A DNA stretch of 59,002 nt, taken from an uncultured Verrucomicrobiota bacterium. Lineage in GTDB: Bacteria > Verrucomicrobiota > Kiritimatiellia > CAIKKV01 > CAITUY01. Location of the stretch: positions 1 to 59,002 of the forward strand of contig CAYOIT010000003.1 in the NCBI GenBank assembly GCA_964404035.1, in the 5' to 3' direction. Position numbers and translations under genes: made by a program. The notes under the pieces were generated by a model. That model did not search any database. It was given only the letters and a program-made list of their open reading frames with translations, and was not told the origin of the DNA. The stretch's first letter is position 1; every line of letters begins with the position of its first letter. This document shows, in pieces, positions 45,213 to 55,054 of this stretch.

Positions 45213-46683
45213 TCCTTTACTCTGGCGATGGGGCCTCTGGATGGTGCTGGCGGTGGTCATTCTGGCTTCCGGCCTTTATCTGGGGCGTGAGGTCGGGATC
45301 GAAGGGCAGGTCCGCGAGGGCATTTGCCGCGAGCTTCTGGCGGGGCATACGCCCGGCCGGCAGGGGGTCGTCAGTTCCGTTTGGTGGGGCCCCTTCCCGA
45401 CGATCGTCATCCTGCCGGTGACGTTCCTGCTGCCGGCCTGGCTGGGACTGCCGGCCTGTCTGGTGGTCGCGGCGTTGTTTGGCGCCGCCACCCTGGTGCT
45501 GATCGAACAGGCGCTGAGGATGTGGGGCACCGGACGCTGGCGGTGGTTGCTGACGCTGGGCGTGGCCCTGAACCCGCCGTTCCTCGAGCACTGCTGGTCC
45601 GGGTCGTCGCTGCCGATGGTCACGTGTCTGCTGGTTCTGTCCCTGTACAGCGTGACGACGTGGGTGCGGACCCGGAGCCTGAGGGACCTGATCTGGTTTG
45701 CCACGGGCAGTGCGCTTCTTCTGGGAACCAGCTACGAGATGAGCGGCTGGGTGCTGGCGGCGGTGCTGGTGGTGGCGGTCGAGGAGTGGCGGCGCAAGGT
45801 GTCGACCGAGGAGAAGGGCGCGGTCCTGCTGGTGGCGCTGTTGCCGCTGGCCTACATGATCGCCCTGTGGGTGCTGATGTGCTGGCTGATCATGGGCGAT
45901 CCTTTCTATGCCGTGCGCTCGTTGCTGGCTCCGGGGCCGGGGCCGGGCGGCTCCCTGATTCTGCCCGACCTCCTGTGGTGGAGTCATGCCGGCCTGGCGG
46001 TGCTGGTCGGCGTGACGCTGGTCTTCGCCCTGTGGCGCCATGACCGGAGCGGCGTCTGTCTGACGGTGCTGGTGCTGGCCCTGCCCGGGGCGGCGGGTCT
46101 GCTGGCCTGGTATGAACGGCTTTGGGATGCGGCGCCGTTGCTGCTCGCGTTGCTGCCGGCCGCAATACTGGCGCTGGGGCACTGGCTGGCGCCGGGGGAG
46201 CGGGCTGAGTCCTGTGAGGGCCGCACCGTGCCGTGCCGCTGCCGAACCGTGGCCGGTTGGCTGGTCGCTGTGTTGACGCTGGCCGCCGCCGACCTTCCGC
46301 CGCTGTTGACGCGCGCGGGGCCGGCCTCCTCGGAGCGCTCGTCGGGCCTCTCCTGGCTTCCCGACCTGGAGCGTCATGTCCGCGGCCGATCGGCCTACGC
46401 CAAGGTGTTTGTCTGCGGCTACGAAAGCTTCTCCTTGTTAAAGGGGAAATCCGGGCCGGTGTTCGAGCACGCCCTTGACTTCAACTTTGACAAAGCGAAG
46501 CACGATTACTACGGTCAAGTGCTTTATCTTCTCGTTCATCGGCCGGAAGAGCGCAATGCGATGGACAGTATTCACTGGAAATACAGGAATATTTACGTGC
46601 AGGGCGGGGAAGATACCCTCTACGACAGTGACTGGGGTGACTGGCGGTTGTTCGAGCTGATTCAGGCGACAGCGCCGAGATAG
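45196..46683 (+). CDS. Polytopic membrane protein (GT-C/ArnT-like topology?) with C-terminal soluble domain
   Basis: Start re-set to the ATG at 45196 (MNPKRDPLLWRWGLWMVLAVVIL), overlapping the GT2 stop by 17 nt. About 10 hydrophobic helices, then about 110 soluble residues. Family not recognised. Confidence 0.55.
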   Translation: MNPKRDPLLWRWGLWMVLAVVILASGLYLGREVGIEGQVREGICRELLAGHTPGRQGVVSSVWWGPFPTIVILPVTFLLPAWLGLPACLVVAALFGAATLVLIEQALRMWGTGRWRWLLTLGVALNPPFLEHCWSGSSLPMVTCLLVLSLYSVTTWVRTRSLRDLIWFATGSALLLGTSYEMSGWVLAAVLVVAVEEWRRKVSTEEKGAVLLVALLPLAYMIALWVLMCWLIMGDPFYAVRSLLAPGPGPGGSLILPDLLWWSHAGLAVLVGVTLVFALWRHDRSGVCLTVLVLALPGAAGLLAWYERLWDAAPLLLALLPAAILALGHWLAPGERAESCEGRTVPCRCRTVAGWLVAVLTLAAADLPPLLTRAGPASSERSSGLSWLPDLERHVRGRSAYAKVFVCGYESFSLLKGKSGPVFEHALDFNFDKAKHDYYGQVLYLLVHRPEERNAMDSIHWKYRNIYVQGGEDTLYDSDWGDWRLFELIQATAPR

Positions 46684-46689
46684 GACGAT

Positions 46690-47349
46690 ATGAAGTTTCT
46701 ACGGGCATCGATGGGGATTCTAGGCGGCGCGGTCCTGGCGGCGGGACTGGTCATGTTCGGCCTCTGGAACTGGAGGCTGCACGACGAGGCGGAAATGCGC
46801 CTGAGCCGGGCCAGGGCGCTTGAAGGCCATGAAGAGAGCTTGCGTGCCAGCGTCGAGGCCGGCGCCCGGCAGGTCCGGGGATTGACCGAATCGCTCCGGG
46901 CCTCCTCCAACAGGATTGCCGAGGTGGAAGGGCTGCTCAAGGCAGAGAAAGGCACCCACGACCCCCTTCGGCTCCAGATCGAGAAGATGGTGGCCGAACA
47001 AATCAGCATCAAGGACAGCCTGAGTCAGCGGGACAAGGTGGTTGCGGGTCTGGAGGCGGCCCTGACCGGAACCCGGAAGACGAACGAAGAGTGGCGGGTT
47101 CAGAGTGAGGCGCAACGGGATCGCCTCGCCAAGGTCGAGGCGGAACTCAAGGGCGCCGGTGAACGGGAAGCCGCCGTGCGGCTGCAGTTGGACCAAGCCC
47201 GAAACGACGCGGCCGGTTTGAAGACGAAGCTGGACGAAACCCAGCGGCGTCTGGCGGAAAGTGAACGGCAGGCCGCCGAGATTCAGAAGCAGAAACAGGC
47301 GGCCGAGGCGGCCGCCACCAACACGGCGCCTACCGCTTCCTCACCTTGA
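46690..47349 (+). CDS. Single-pass membrane coiled-coil protein
   Basis: ATG start. TM helix ILGGAVLAAGLVMFGLWNW, followed by about 170 aa of heptad-like E/R/K/L/A-rich sequence. The 3' end overlaps the convergent gene by 20 nt. Confidence 0.6.
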   Translation: MKFLRASMGILGGAVLAAGLVMFGLWNWRLHDEAEMRLSRARALEGHEESLRASVEAGARQVRGLTESLRASSNRIAEVEGLLKAEKGTHDPLRLQIEKMVAEQISIKDSLSQRDKVVAGLEAALTGTRKTNEEWRVQSEAQRDRLAKVEAELKGAGEREAAVRLQLDQARNDAAGLKTKLDETQRRLAESERQAAEIQKQKQAAEAAATNTAPTASSP

Positions 47350-49633
47350 AGGCAATGTCCCGCGCAAAGGGCGGGACCGTCACGGACAGCGATCCTTCCT
47401 TGACCTCAACCTCGTCGCGCTTCGCGGGCTTCCCTGTGGTGGTCGTCCAGAACTCCACACGGTAGAGACCGTTGCTCATGCCATCCAACCGGGCGACCAC
47501 GTTGCTGAGGGTGGGGTGGGCCTCCGAGTCGGTCGTGTTGAAAGCCCTGGTGTCATAGATCCAGCCCAGGGCGCGGGTTTCACTCTTGAGGGCGCGGGCC
47601 TGGATCTGGTCAGCCGGAGCGTCGGCGATCGACAGCACGGGAAGACTGGCCAGCAGGTTCGGGTCACGCCGGTCTTCGCCCTTCATGAAACGACTGATCG
47701 CCAGGAATTCAGAGTAGTAGTTCTCCTCCTCGATCAGGCCCCACCACCAGAAGAACGGGGTGCCGGCGATGGCAATGCAGGTGGAGGCCCAGAGTCCGGC
47801 ATGCAGGCTGCTCTCAAGATGCGCGAGTCCCTGGGCATTCCAGTTGCCGCCAAACTCGGTGACCATCACCGGTTTTCCAGCGGGGTTGTTGAACTGGGCG
47901 GTCGCCGACAGCAAGTCGACGATGTGAAGCACGCGGGGATCGCCGTGGTAGGCGTCCACCGAGGCATGGGTGATCCCGGGCAGGGCGGTGATCTCCATGT
48001 TCTGGGAATTGAAGTCGCCGGAATAATGCGTGGTGATGAGGTGATGGTTGGGATCCAGTTCGTGGATGAAGGCGGTGGCCTGACGGTGCCAGTTCACGCA
48101 CTCCGGCGTGCGGTAGAGTTTATCGTTTGATCCCGAGAGATTCAACTCGCTCCACAATTCCCAGGCGAACACCCGCGTGCTGTAGCCCCAGCGGGCCACG
48201 GTATAGCGCATCAGTTGCTTGAAGGCCTTCACGGCGCGAGGGTCGCTGAAGTAGTCATCCGGTTTCTCCAGGAAACCTCCGAGTTTCTTGTTGAACGGAT
48301 TGCCCGCCCATTCGCTGTCCGAATGACCACTGAATTTGCCGTGATTGTGAATGACGATATTCAGGTAGAGACCATTGCGGTCGGCTTCATCCATCACGCG
48401 ATCCATTTCCCAGGCGTGCATGAGGTTGTATTGGCCGACACCGTGATAGCCGCGCCACTGGGGCGACCATTCGAGACCCAGGGACCAGGCGGCCATCCAG
48501 ACTTCAGCCATATTCTCCCCATACTCGCGCATCGTGGAGAAATGGCGGACATAAGCGGTGGAGCCTTCCACCCAGCGCTTGGCCCAGGGAAACTGCGCGT
48601 CCATTCGATCGTCCGACGGCGAACGGATATTGTGGCCGATCGGAAAGAAATACGCGCCGTTATCGAATTCAAAGAAACGGCGGTCGGCCTGTGAGACACG
48701 GACATAACCCGGCTGTGCGGGGGGGCGAGCGGTGAAGGCCCCGGGACCCCAGGTGGCCGTGCCCGAGGTGTCGCGGGCGTGGAGTGTATACTGGTAGGTT
48801 CCCGGCTTAGTGGGTGCGTAACGGATCTTCCAGTGGGGGGGGCCTTGGGGGAGCGTCTCTTCGCCGGTGGGGGTGGTGATGCGGTAGTAGCTGCGCGAGT
48901 GGAACCCGTCAATCGTCACGGTTTGACCGTCGGGGGTCTTGATGGTGGCCGTGACGGAGATCTCCTCGGGATCGAAGGGGTTGGCGTAACGGTCCGGGAG
49001 TTCGAAGGTGACCTCGAATTTTTCATAGCAGGCCAGCTGTCTGGTGGAGGGGCGAATATCGCGGATGGTGGGAGGTGTGGTGTCGGCGGGCTGCCAGGTG
49101 GCGACGACGTTCTCCAGGGCGCCGGTGACGGCTCCGGCACCGTCCACAAAGACGCGGATGCCGAATTCCCTAGGTTCCATCAGGGCGCGGGCATTCCAGG
49201 CGGCATGATGGCCCCGCGGCTCCCAGGCGGAGGCGGAGGGGGACAGGTCCAGATGGTAGCGGTTGGTGACCCCCGGCACGGCGTAGCCCGGGATCAGCTG
49301 CTGATACCAGAGATAGTCCCAATCCTTCATGAAGACCAGGACCTGCACATTGGTGGGCGCCTTGTCGGACAGCACCAGGGACCAGCTCAGTTCGCCCAGG
49401 CCGAACCAGGTTGAGGTGGGGGCGGTAAGCGCGAAGTCGCGGGAGGCCGGGCCGGAAAACGTAAACGCCACGGTGCCGGCTTCAGCCGGGATGGGATTGG
49501 TCGAGGTCGCCGCGGCGGGTTGAGCGGACAGGCCCAGGGGCAGGGCTCCGCCGGGGGCCGGAAGCGCCTCCGCCGGGAGGAACCGGGGGGCCAGAACAGT
49601 CAGAAACGCGATGACGATCAACTTTGCTTTCAC
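47330..49633 (-). CDS. Secreted DUF5060-type N-terminal domain + GH5-like (clan GH-A) glycoside hydrolase
   Basis: The track start at 49693 is TTG. I use the GTG at 49633, giving signal peptide (M)KAKLIVIAFLTVLAPRFLPAEA with GAAGG upstream. DUF5060-like string CYEKFEVTFELPDRYANPFDPEEISV. TIM-barrel strings LYLNIVIHNHG and VFAWELWSELN. Confidence 0.6.
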   Translation of the reverse strand: MKAKLIVIAFLTVLAPRFLPAEALPAPGGALPLGLSAQPAAATSTNPIPAEAGTVAFTFSGPASRDFALTAPTSTWFGLGELSWSLVLSDKAPTNVQVLVFMKDWDYLWYQQLIPGYAVPGVTNRYHLDLSPSASAWEPRGHHAAWNARALMEPREFGIRVFVDGAGAVTGALENVVATWQPADTTPPTIRDIRPSTRQLACYEKFEVTFELPDRYANPFDPEEISVTATIKTPDGQTVTIDGFHSRSYYRITTPTGEETLPQGPPHWKIRYAPTKPGTYQYTLHARDTSGTATWGPGAFTARPPAQPGYVRVSQADRRFFEFDNGAYFFPIGHNIRSPSDDRMDAQFPWAKRWVEGSTAYVRHFSTMREYGENMAEVWMAAWSLGLEWSPQWRGYHGVGQYNLMHAWEMDRVMDEADRNGLYLNIVIHNHGKFSGHSDSEWAGNPFNKKLGGFLEKPDDYFSDPRAVKAFKQLMRYTVARWGYSTRVFAWELWSELNLSGSNDKLYRTPECVNWHRQATAFIHELDPNHHLITTHYSGDFNSQNMEITALPGITHASVDAYHGDPRVLHIVDLLSATAQFNNPAGKPVMVTEFGGNWNAQGLAHLESSLHAGLWASTCIAIAGTPFFWWWGLIEEENYYSEFLAISRFMKGEDRRDPNLLASLPVLSIADAPADQIQARALKSETRALGWIYDTRAFNTTDSEAHPTLSNVVARLDGMSNGLYRVEFWTTTTGKPAKRDEVEVKEGSLSVTVPPFARDIAFKVRKR

Positions 49634-49809
49634 GGGTGCCTTCGGGTTGGTGTGATGACGTAACAGAGAACGCCACAGCGGGCGGGAAGTCAATAGGGAT
49701 TTGGTCCCGCGTTTCGGGTTCCGGTTCAGGAAACTCGTCCGGGAGCTTGACTTTCCGGCCTAAAAAATCACAAGGTTTGAAGCGTGCCAATGCACTTGAA
49801 AGGAAACTC

Positions 49810-52299
49810 ATGCTCACACAACTTGATTTGAACGGTAAATGGCGGGCGCGCTGGTCCGATGGTCAGAGGGGTCGCATGGAGTATGCGAATCGCGAGGAGA
49901 CCGATGAGTCTCGCTATATCGACGCGCAGGTGCCGGGCGAAATCCACATGGATGTCTGGCGGGAAGGGTGGATCAAGGACCCCTATGTCGACACCAACTG
50001 CCTCGCCGCCCGCTGGGTCGAAGAGTGCTACTGGAGCTACCGCCGTTTCTTCAACGCCCCGGCCAAAGCCCTCAAAGGGCGGTCATGGCTTGTATTCGAG
50101 GGCTTGGATCTCGTGGCCACCATCGTCCTGAACGGACAGGAAATCGGCCGCCACAACAATTCCTTTCATCCCTGCCGCATCGAGGTCACCGGGAAACTCA
50201 AGGAGGGCCGGAATCTCTTGACCGTTCATCTCGACAGCGGGTTGTTTGACGCCTGCGAAAAACCCTTCGAAGGGTGGGGGGTGGGGGTGGACGCCAAATT
50301 GCACAAGCGGCACTGGCTGCGAAAACCCCAATGTCAATTCAGCTGGGATTGGTCGACCCGCCTGGTCAATGTCGGCATCACGAAACCCGTCCGCCTGGAG
50401 TGGACCGCCGATGTCGCGCGGATCGACGCCTTTGTCCCGCTGGCCGATCTGTCGCCCGATCTGACCCTGGGCAAGGTTCGCGCCCGTTTCTTTGTCGAGG
50501 GCCTGACGCCGAAGGCCTGCCAGGGGCGCCTGACCGTGGAAGTGGTGGAGACCGGGCACAAGGTCGTGACCGACGTTGAGATCAAGCCCGGCCTCAATCC
50601 CTGCGAAGCCACCGTGGAGGTGCCCAACCCGGATCTGTGGTGGCCGGTGGGGCACGGCCCGCAGAATCGTTACACGGTACGCGCCACGCTCGCTGTGGAC
50701 GGTCACCGGATCGGCACCCGGTCCGCGCGGGTCGGCTTCCGCCAGGTGCGGGTCAACCAGGACAAGCATCCCGAGAAAGGCCGCTATTTCATCCTCGAAA
50801 TCAACGGCCGGCCGATCTTCATCAAGGGCGGCAATTTCGTGCCGGTGGACATGATCTTCCCGCGCGCCGACCGCGCCCGCTACGACAAGGTCACCGACCT
50901 CGCGCTTGAAGCGAATTTCAATTTCCTCCGGGTGTGGGGCGGCGGGTTGTATGAGAGCGACGATTTTTACGACTTGTGCGACGAGAAGGGCATCATGGTC
51001 TGGCAGGAGTTCATCTTTGCCTGCGGCAAGTATCCCGTGAACGATGCGGCGTTCTTCAATAGTGTCAAAGCGGAGGCGACGTACAACATTCGCCGCCTGG
51101 CGGAACACCCGAGCCTCGTGGTGTGGTGCGGCAACAACGAGATGGAATGGGGCGCCTGGGCTTGGGGCTATGATCGCGGCGTGGTCTATCCCGACTACGC
51201 CATGTTCCATCTGACCCTGCCGCGGATTCTGGCCGAGGAAGATCCCACGCGTTACTACCAGCCCAGTTCGCCGTACTCGCCGGAGGGACTGTTCCCCAAC
51301 GCCGATGAGGTGGGGGATCAACATCCCTGGACGGTCGGCATGCAGAACACCGATTTCCGGGACTACCGGAAGATGATCTGCCGGTTCCCGAACGAGGGGG
51401 GGACGCTCGGACCGACCTCGCTGCCGACGCTTATGGCCTGTTTGCCGAAGGACCAGCGCTACGTGCAGTCCTTTGCGTGGCAGGTGCATGACAACTCCGT
51501 GGACAGCTGGGGCGAGCCGAGCTTCCCGGACCAGATGATGACCCAATGGCTGGGCAAGAACATCCGCAAGATGAGCCTGCCCGAGGTCGCCTACTGGGGC
51601 GGGTTGGTTCAGGGCGAGGCCCTTCGGGAATACTGCGAGAACTTCCGGCGGAGGATGTTCGACAGTTCGGCGGCGATCTTCTGGATGTACAACGACTGCT
51701 GGCCCGCCACCCGGAGTTGGACCATTGTGGACTACTATCTCCGGCGCACGCCGGCCTTTACCTCGGTCCGTCGAGCGATGCAGCCCCTGAACGTGGTGGT
51801 GGCCCAGGAGGGCGACGAGGTGGTGGTCTTCGGGATCAATGAGGGCCGGGAGGCCTGGAGCGGTACCCTCCGATACGGGGTGTTCAATCTGGCCGGCGGC
51901 TATCCCGTGAATCATGAGGCATCCGTGGTGCTGCCGCCCAATGCCTCAACGCGGCTGGCCTCGTTCTCCCTGAAGGACTGGAAGAAACCGGAGTCCTCGG
52001 CGGCTTTCGCCCTGCTGACGGCGGGCGGCAAACTCGCGGCCCGTAACCGGCTCTTTCTGCCGTTCTTCAAAGACCTGCGCTGGGCGGCGCCCGGACTCAA
52101 GATCAAGGTGAGCAACGGCAAAGCCGTCTTCACCAGCAACACGTTTGTCTGGGGGGTCTGCCTGGATCTCAATGGCGACAAACCGATGCCCGACAACTTC
52201 TTTGATGTTTACCCGGGCATCCCCCATGAGATTCCCTGGAAGACGAAGAAGGAGCCGAAGGTGCTGTTCGTGGGGAATCTGGGCAAGGGGAAGCGCTGA
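49810..52299 (+). CDS. Glycoside hydrolase family 2, beta-mannosidase-like, cytoplasmic
   Basis: Start re-set to the ATG at 49810 (AAAGGA upstream): MLTQLDLNGKWRARW. Strings: VPGEIHMDVWREGWIKDPY, FLRVWGGGLYE, and VVWCGNNEMEW (acid/base NE). Confidence 0.85.
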   Translation: MLTQLDLNGKWRARWSDGQRGRMEYANREETDESRYIDAQVPGEIHMDVWREGWIKDPYVDTNCLAARWVEECYWSYRRFFNAPAKALKGRSWLVFEGLDLVATIVLNGQEIGRHNNSFHPCRIEVTGKLKEGRNLLTVHLDSGLFDACEKPFEGWGVGVDAKLHKRHWLRKPQCQFSWDWSTRLVNVGITKPVRLEWTADVARIDAFVPLADLSPDLTLGKVRARFFVEGLTPKACQGRLTVEVVETGHKVVTDVEIKPGLNPCEATVEVPNPDLWWPVGHGPQNRYTVRATLAVDGHRIGTRSARVGFRQVRVNQDKHPEKGRYFILEINGRPIFIKGGNFVPVDMIFPRADRARYDKVTDLALEANFNFLRVWGGGLYESDDFYDLCDEKGIMVWQEFIFACGKYPVNDAAFFNSVKAEATYNIRRLAEHPSLVVWCGNNEMEWGAWAWGYDRGVVYPDYAMFHLTLPRILAEEDPTRYYQPSSPYSPEGLFPNADEVGDQHPWTVGMQNTDFRDYRKMICRFPNEGGTLGPTSLPTLMACLPKDQRYVQSFAWQVHDNSVDSWGEPSFPDQMMTQWLGKNIRKMSLPEVAYWGGLVQGEALREYCENFRRRMFDSSAAIFWMYNDCWPATRSWTIVDYYLRRTPAFTSVRRAMQPLNVVVAQEGDEVVVFGINEGREAWSGTLRYGVFNLAGGYPVNHEASVVLPPNASTRLASFSLKDWKKPESSAAFALLTAGGKLAARNRLFLPFFKDLRWAAPGLKIKVSNGKAVFTSNTFVWGVCLDLNGDKPMPDNFFDVYPGIPHEIPWKTKKEPKVLFVGNLGKGKR

Positions 52300-52323
52300 G
52301 GTTACCGGGCGAGGGTCCGGCCG

Positions 52324-53304
52324 TCAGGCGAAAAGCCGGGCCAGGGGGCCCATCAGGTTCAGCATGTCTTCAGGCGGCGCCGCCTGGAAGCTTACGGTGT
52401 GACCTCCCTCGGGATGCCGCAACTCCAGGCTGGAGGCATGCAGGGCCTGACGCGTGATCCTGAGTTGCCGCCGGTCCTCCTCCGAAAGGGTATCGGTACA
52501 GAACCGGAGAAACATGCCGGCATCCGGCCCGTAGAGTTTGTCGCCCACCACTGGGAAGCCCAGGGCATGCAGGGTGGCCCGGATCTGGTGGAGCCGGCCG
52601 GTGTGGGGAACGGCTTCAACCACGCTGATTCCCCCGTGGTATCCCAGCGAACGAAACGCGGTCTCCGTCCAGAGCCGATGGTCTTGCTGCGCCTGTTCGT
52701 CGGGGGTGAGCATCGAGGCAGGCCTGAACAGCCGCCGCTTGTGAACGCTGGAAACCGGATCCGGAACCACATGGCCTGAAGCGGTCAGGGTCTCCGGAAA
52801 GCGCCCTTCCACCAGGGCAATGTATCGCTTGGTCACGCGACGCGTGGCGAATTGCGTGCAACAGATTCTGGCTGCGCGGTCGTTCTTCGCCACGATCACC
52901 AGGCCGGAGGTTTCCCGGTCGATCCGGTTCACCAGGGACGGATTGTCCACCCCGAAGGAGCGCTTCAGTTCGGCCCAGAGGGTATGGTTGAAGTAGCGCC
53001 CGCCGGGATGGCAGGGAAGATTCGGCGGCTTGTCGACAACGATGAGATCGGCGTCCTCATGGATCACCCTTATGTTGAGATTCACGCGCGGTTCGGGGGT
53101 GTCGTCCGCCGTGTAGTCCACCAGATCGCCGGTGGCCAGAAGCCGATCCGGGGTGGCCGCTCCTCCGTTAAGCCCCACGCGTTGGTCAGCGAGGCGTTCA
53201 GCCCACCCCTCAGTGGTGTGATAGGGGAATCGCCGGACAAGGAAGTCCAGGATGGAGATTCCCTCCCAGGCCGCCTTGACTCGTGATTGGATGCGTCGCT
53301 GCAT
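52324..53304 (-). CDS. RluA-family 23S rRNA/tRNA pseudouridine synthase with N-terminal S4-like domain
   Basis: Motifs: VVDKPPNLPCHPGG, LVNRIDRETSGLVIVAK (catalytic Asp), and YIALVEG. Confidence 0.9.
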   Translation of the reverse strand: MQRRIQSRVKAAWEGISILDFLVRRFPYHTTEGWAERLADQRVGLNGGAATPDRLLATGDLVDYTADDTPEPRVNLNIRVIHEDADLIVVDKPPNLPCHPGGRYFNHTLWAELKRSFGVDNPSLVNRIDRETSGLVIVAKNDRAARICCTQFATRRVTKRYIALVEGRFPETLTASGHVVPDPVSSVHKRRLFRPASMLTPDEQAQQDHRLWTETAFRSLGYHGGISVVEAVPHTGRLHQIRATLHALGFPVVGDKLYGPDAGMFLRFCTDTLSEEDRRQLRITRQALHASSLELRHPEGGHTVSFQAAPPEDMLNLMGPLARLFA

Positions 53305-53315
53305 GGGCCCCGGTG

Positions 53316-54059
53316 CTAGGGCTTGAGGCCCAGATACGCCTCCGCATAGCGTCGTCCGAACGTCCGTTGAGACTTCGCGTCAAAATGCAGATGATCCCCT
53401 CGGTCGGTCAGTCCTTCCGCCGTGGCAAAGGCGGTATGCGGGACCTTCTGCGGCAGCGACTCCAGCACCCGGTTGACGGTTTCCTTGGACGCGTCCCAGG
53501 GGGCGCCGGGAAAACGTCCCAGTCCGCCGGCGATAAACGGGACGTCCGGCGCATTGAGCTCGGTTCGCAACCGTTGGATCAGCGCCTGTAGTTTCTGTTC
53601 GTAGAGGATGGCCCCGTCTGGAGTGCTGTCGCCCTCGCCCTGATGCCACAGGATGCCTTTCAACACGCCGGATGACAGGGCGGCTTTCGTGCGCCGCAAG
53701 GCGTCATCGTAGGGATGACTCTGCGTCTGTTCCCATGGCTGGCCGGGTTCCCAGGCGGAGATCGGGGAGCCGCCGGCGGCGCAGGGGATGAGGCCGACGG
53801 TGATCGCGGGATTGTGTTCGGCGATGAGGATGCCAAAGGTTCGGCCCAGTCCCACACCGGCGGCGGTCTTGTCAAAATGAATGGGATCCACGGCCGGCAC
53901 CCACTCGTCGTTGCGGCTGAAGGTCAGTACCCGGGGCGGCGGCACTTGATCCTCCTCCTCCACCGTGCCGCGTCCCGCCATGTTGGATTGGCCAACGAGC
54001 AGGAAGAGGAGGAGATTCTCCTTAATCATCGCACAGGTGCTGTCATTCTTGATGGTCAT
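53316..54059 (-). CDS. SASA-type (sialate O-acetylesterase-like, SGNH) carbohydrate esterase
   Basis: Motifs: LLFLLVGQSNMAGRG and ILWHQGEGDS. 247 aa. ATG with GGAG upstream. Confidence 0.8.
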   Translation of the reverse strand: MTIKNDSTCAMIKENLLLFLLVGQSNMAGRGTVEEEDQVPPPRVLTFSRNDEWVPAVDPIHFDKTAAGVGLGRTFGILIAEHNPAITVGLIPCAAGGSPISAWEPGQPWEQTQSHPYDDALRRTKAALSSGVLKGILWHQGEGDSTPDGAILYEQKLQALIQRLRTELNAPDVPFIAGGLGRFPGAPWDASKETVNRVLESLPQKVPHTAFATAEGLTDRGDHLHFDAKSQRTFGRRYAEAYLGLKP

Positions 54060-54081
54060 CGTTGTTCTCCAGCTCTCCTGT

Positions 54082-55050
54082 TCAAGGTTCCGGCGCGGGG
54101 ACGGGATCGGGGGCTGGCACGTTGATCACGCTGACGGGGATGCCGACCTCGACCATGCCGGCCAGGGTGACGATATTCCAGTTGGTGAGGCGGAAACACC
54201 CGTGCGACTCCCGACGCCCGATCGTCTCCGGATGCGGCGTGCCGTGAATCCCGAAACCGGGCGCATTCAGGGTCATCCAGTAGACGCCGACCGGATTGTT
54301 CGGGCCCGGCGGCAGGATCAGCTTGCGGCCGATTTCCTGGGCACGGGCCGATTCCGGGAAGTTCGCCGGGTCGAAGGTGTAGTTGGGATTGGGTGCGAAA
54401 CTGGCCAGGGTCAGTTTCCCGGTCGGAATCCTGGCCATGTCCCGGGCAATGGAGCACGGGAAGGAGGCGATCAGGGTGTCGTCCGTGCCGAAGGCCCGCA
54501 GCCGATAGCTGCTGCAGTCGATCTCGAGCCGGGCGGCGGCGCCGGGTTCGAAGGCGGGCCGTGAGTTCGGGACCGTCACCGCCACGCCGATCAGTTCGTC
54601 ATTCCAGTTGGTGAGGCCGGGATTGAGACGGCGGAGGAACGGCCTGGAGACGTGGAACTTTTCAGAGAGCGCCTCATCCAGCGATTCAAAGGCCATGCTG
54701 GAAACCGAGGCGGCCGCCTGCCAGTCGGCAGGGGCCGAGCCCACGAGGTCGAGGTCGGCCTGGGTGATCGTGTAGGAGACCGTGGCGGGAACGTCGTTGG
54801 AGAGGAGGGCTTCCCGCGCTTTGCGGTCGGAAAGTCCTTTCGCCCTGCGATAGTCCCGAAAGGCATAGTCCGTACGCGGCCCGTCCTTGCCGTCCACGAA
54901 TCCGACGCCGAAACCATTTCGATCCAACGCGGTCTGCAAGGCGGCGACGGAGAGAACGGTCGGCGTCTGGGGCCCGGATGGACCGGGAAGCGGCGTGGCC
55001 TGAGCCGCCTGGCAGGCCAGAAGGAGAAGTAGTCCCAACCCTTTCTTCAT
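54082..55050 (-). CDS. L,D-transpeptidase (YkuD) with N-terminal peptidoglycan-binding-like domain, secreted
   Basis: Signal peptide MKKGLGLLLLLACQAAQA. PG-binding-like string LQTALDRNGFGVGFVDGKDGPRT. Catalytic string HGTPHPETIGRRESHGCFRLTNWN. Confidence 0.85.
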   Translation of the reverse strand: MKKGLGLLLLLACQAAQATPLPGPSGPQTPTVLSVAALQTALDRNGFGVGFVDGKDGPRTDYAFRDYRRAKGLSDRKAREALLSNDVPATVSYTITQADLDLVGSAPADWQAAASVSSMAFESLDEALSEKFHVSRPFLRRLNPGLTNWNDELIGVAVTVPNSRPAFEPGAAARLEIDCSSYRLRAFGTDDTLIASFPCSIARDMARIPTGKLTLASFAPNPNYTFDPANFPESARAQEIGRKLILPPGPNNPVGVYWMTLNAPGFGIHGTPHPETIGRRESHGCFRLTNWNIVTLAGMVEVGIPVSVINVPAPDPVPAPEP

Positions 55051-55054
55051 CGCG

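Noticed and set aside
50083-51915. 610-aa minus-strand ORF opposite the GH2 beta-mannosidase. Similar long antisense ORFs occur at 967-1881, 2689-3960, 5846-6943, 9858-10931, 15406-16611, 21516-23039, 23091-24320, 30879-32519, 33471-34499, 36892-38352, 38924-39964, 41516-43090, 43566-44855, 45217-46377, 55193-56077, 56695-58023 and 57887-58771.
   Set aside because: Each is fully contained opposite a gene with clear family motifs. Each has the skewed R/G/P/A/H composition of antisense GC-rich frames and lacks any motif, start context or independent spacer. I treat them as shadow ORFs rather than overlapping genes.
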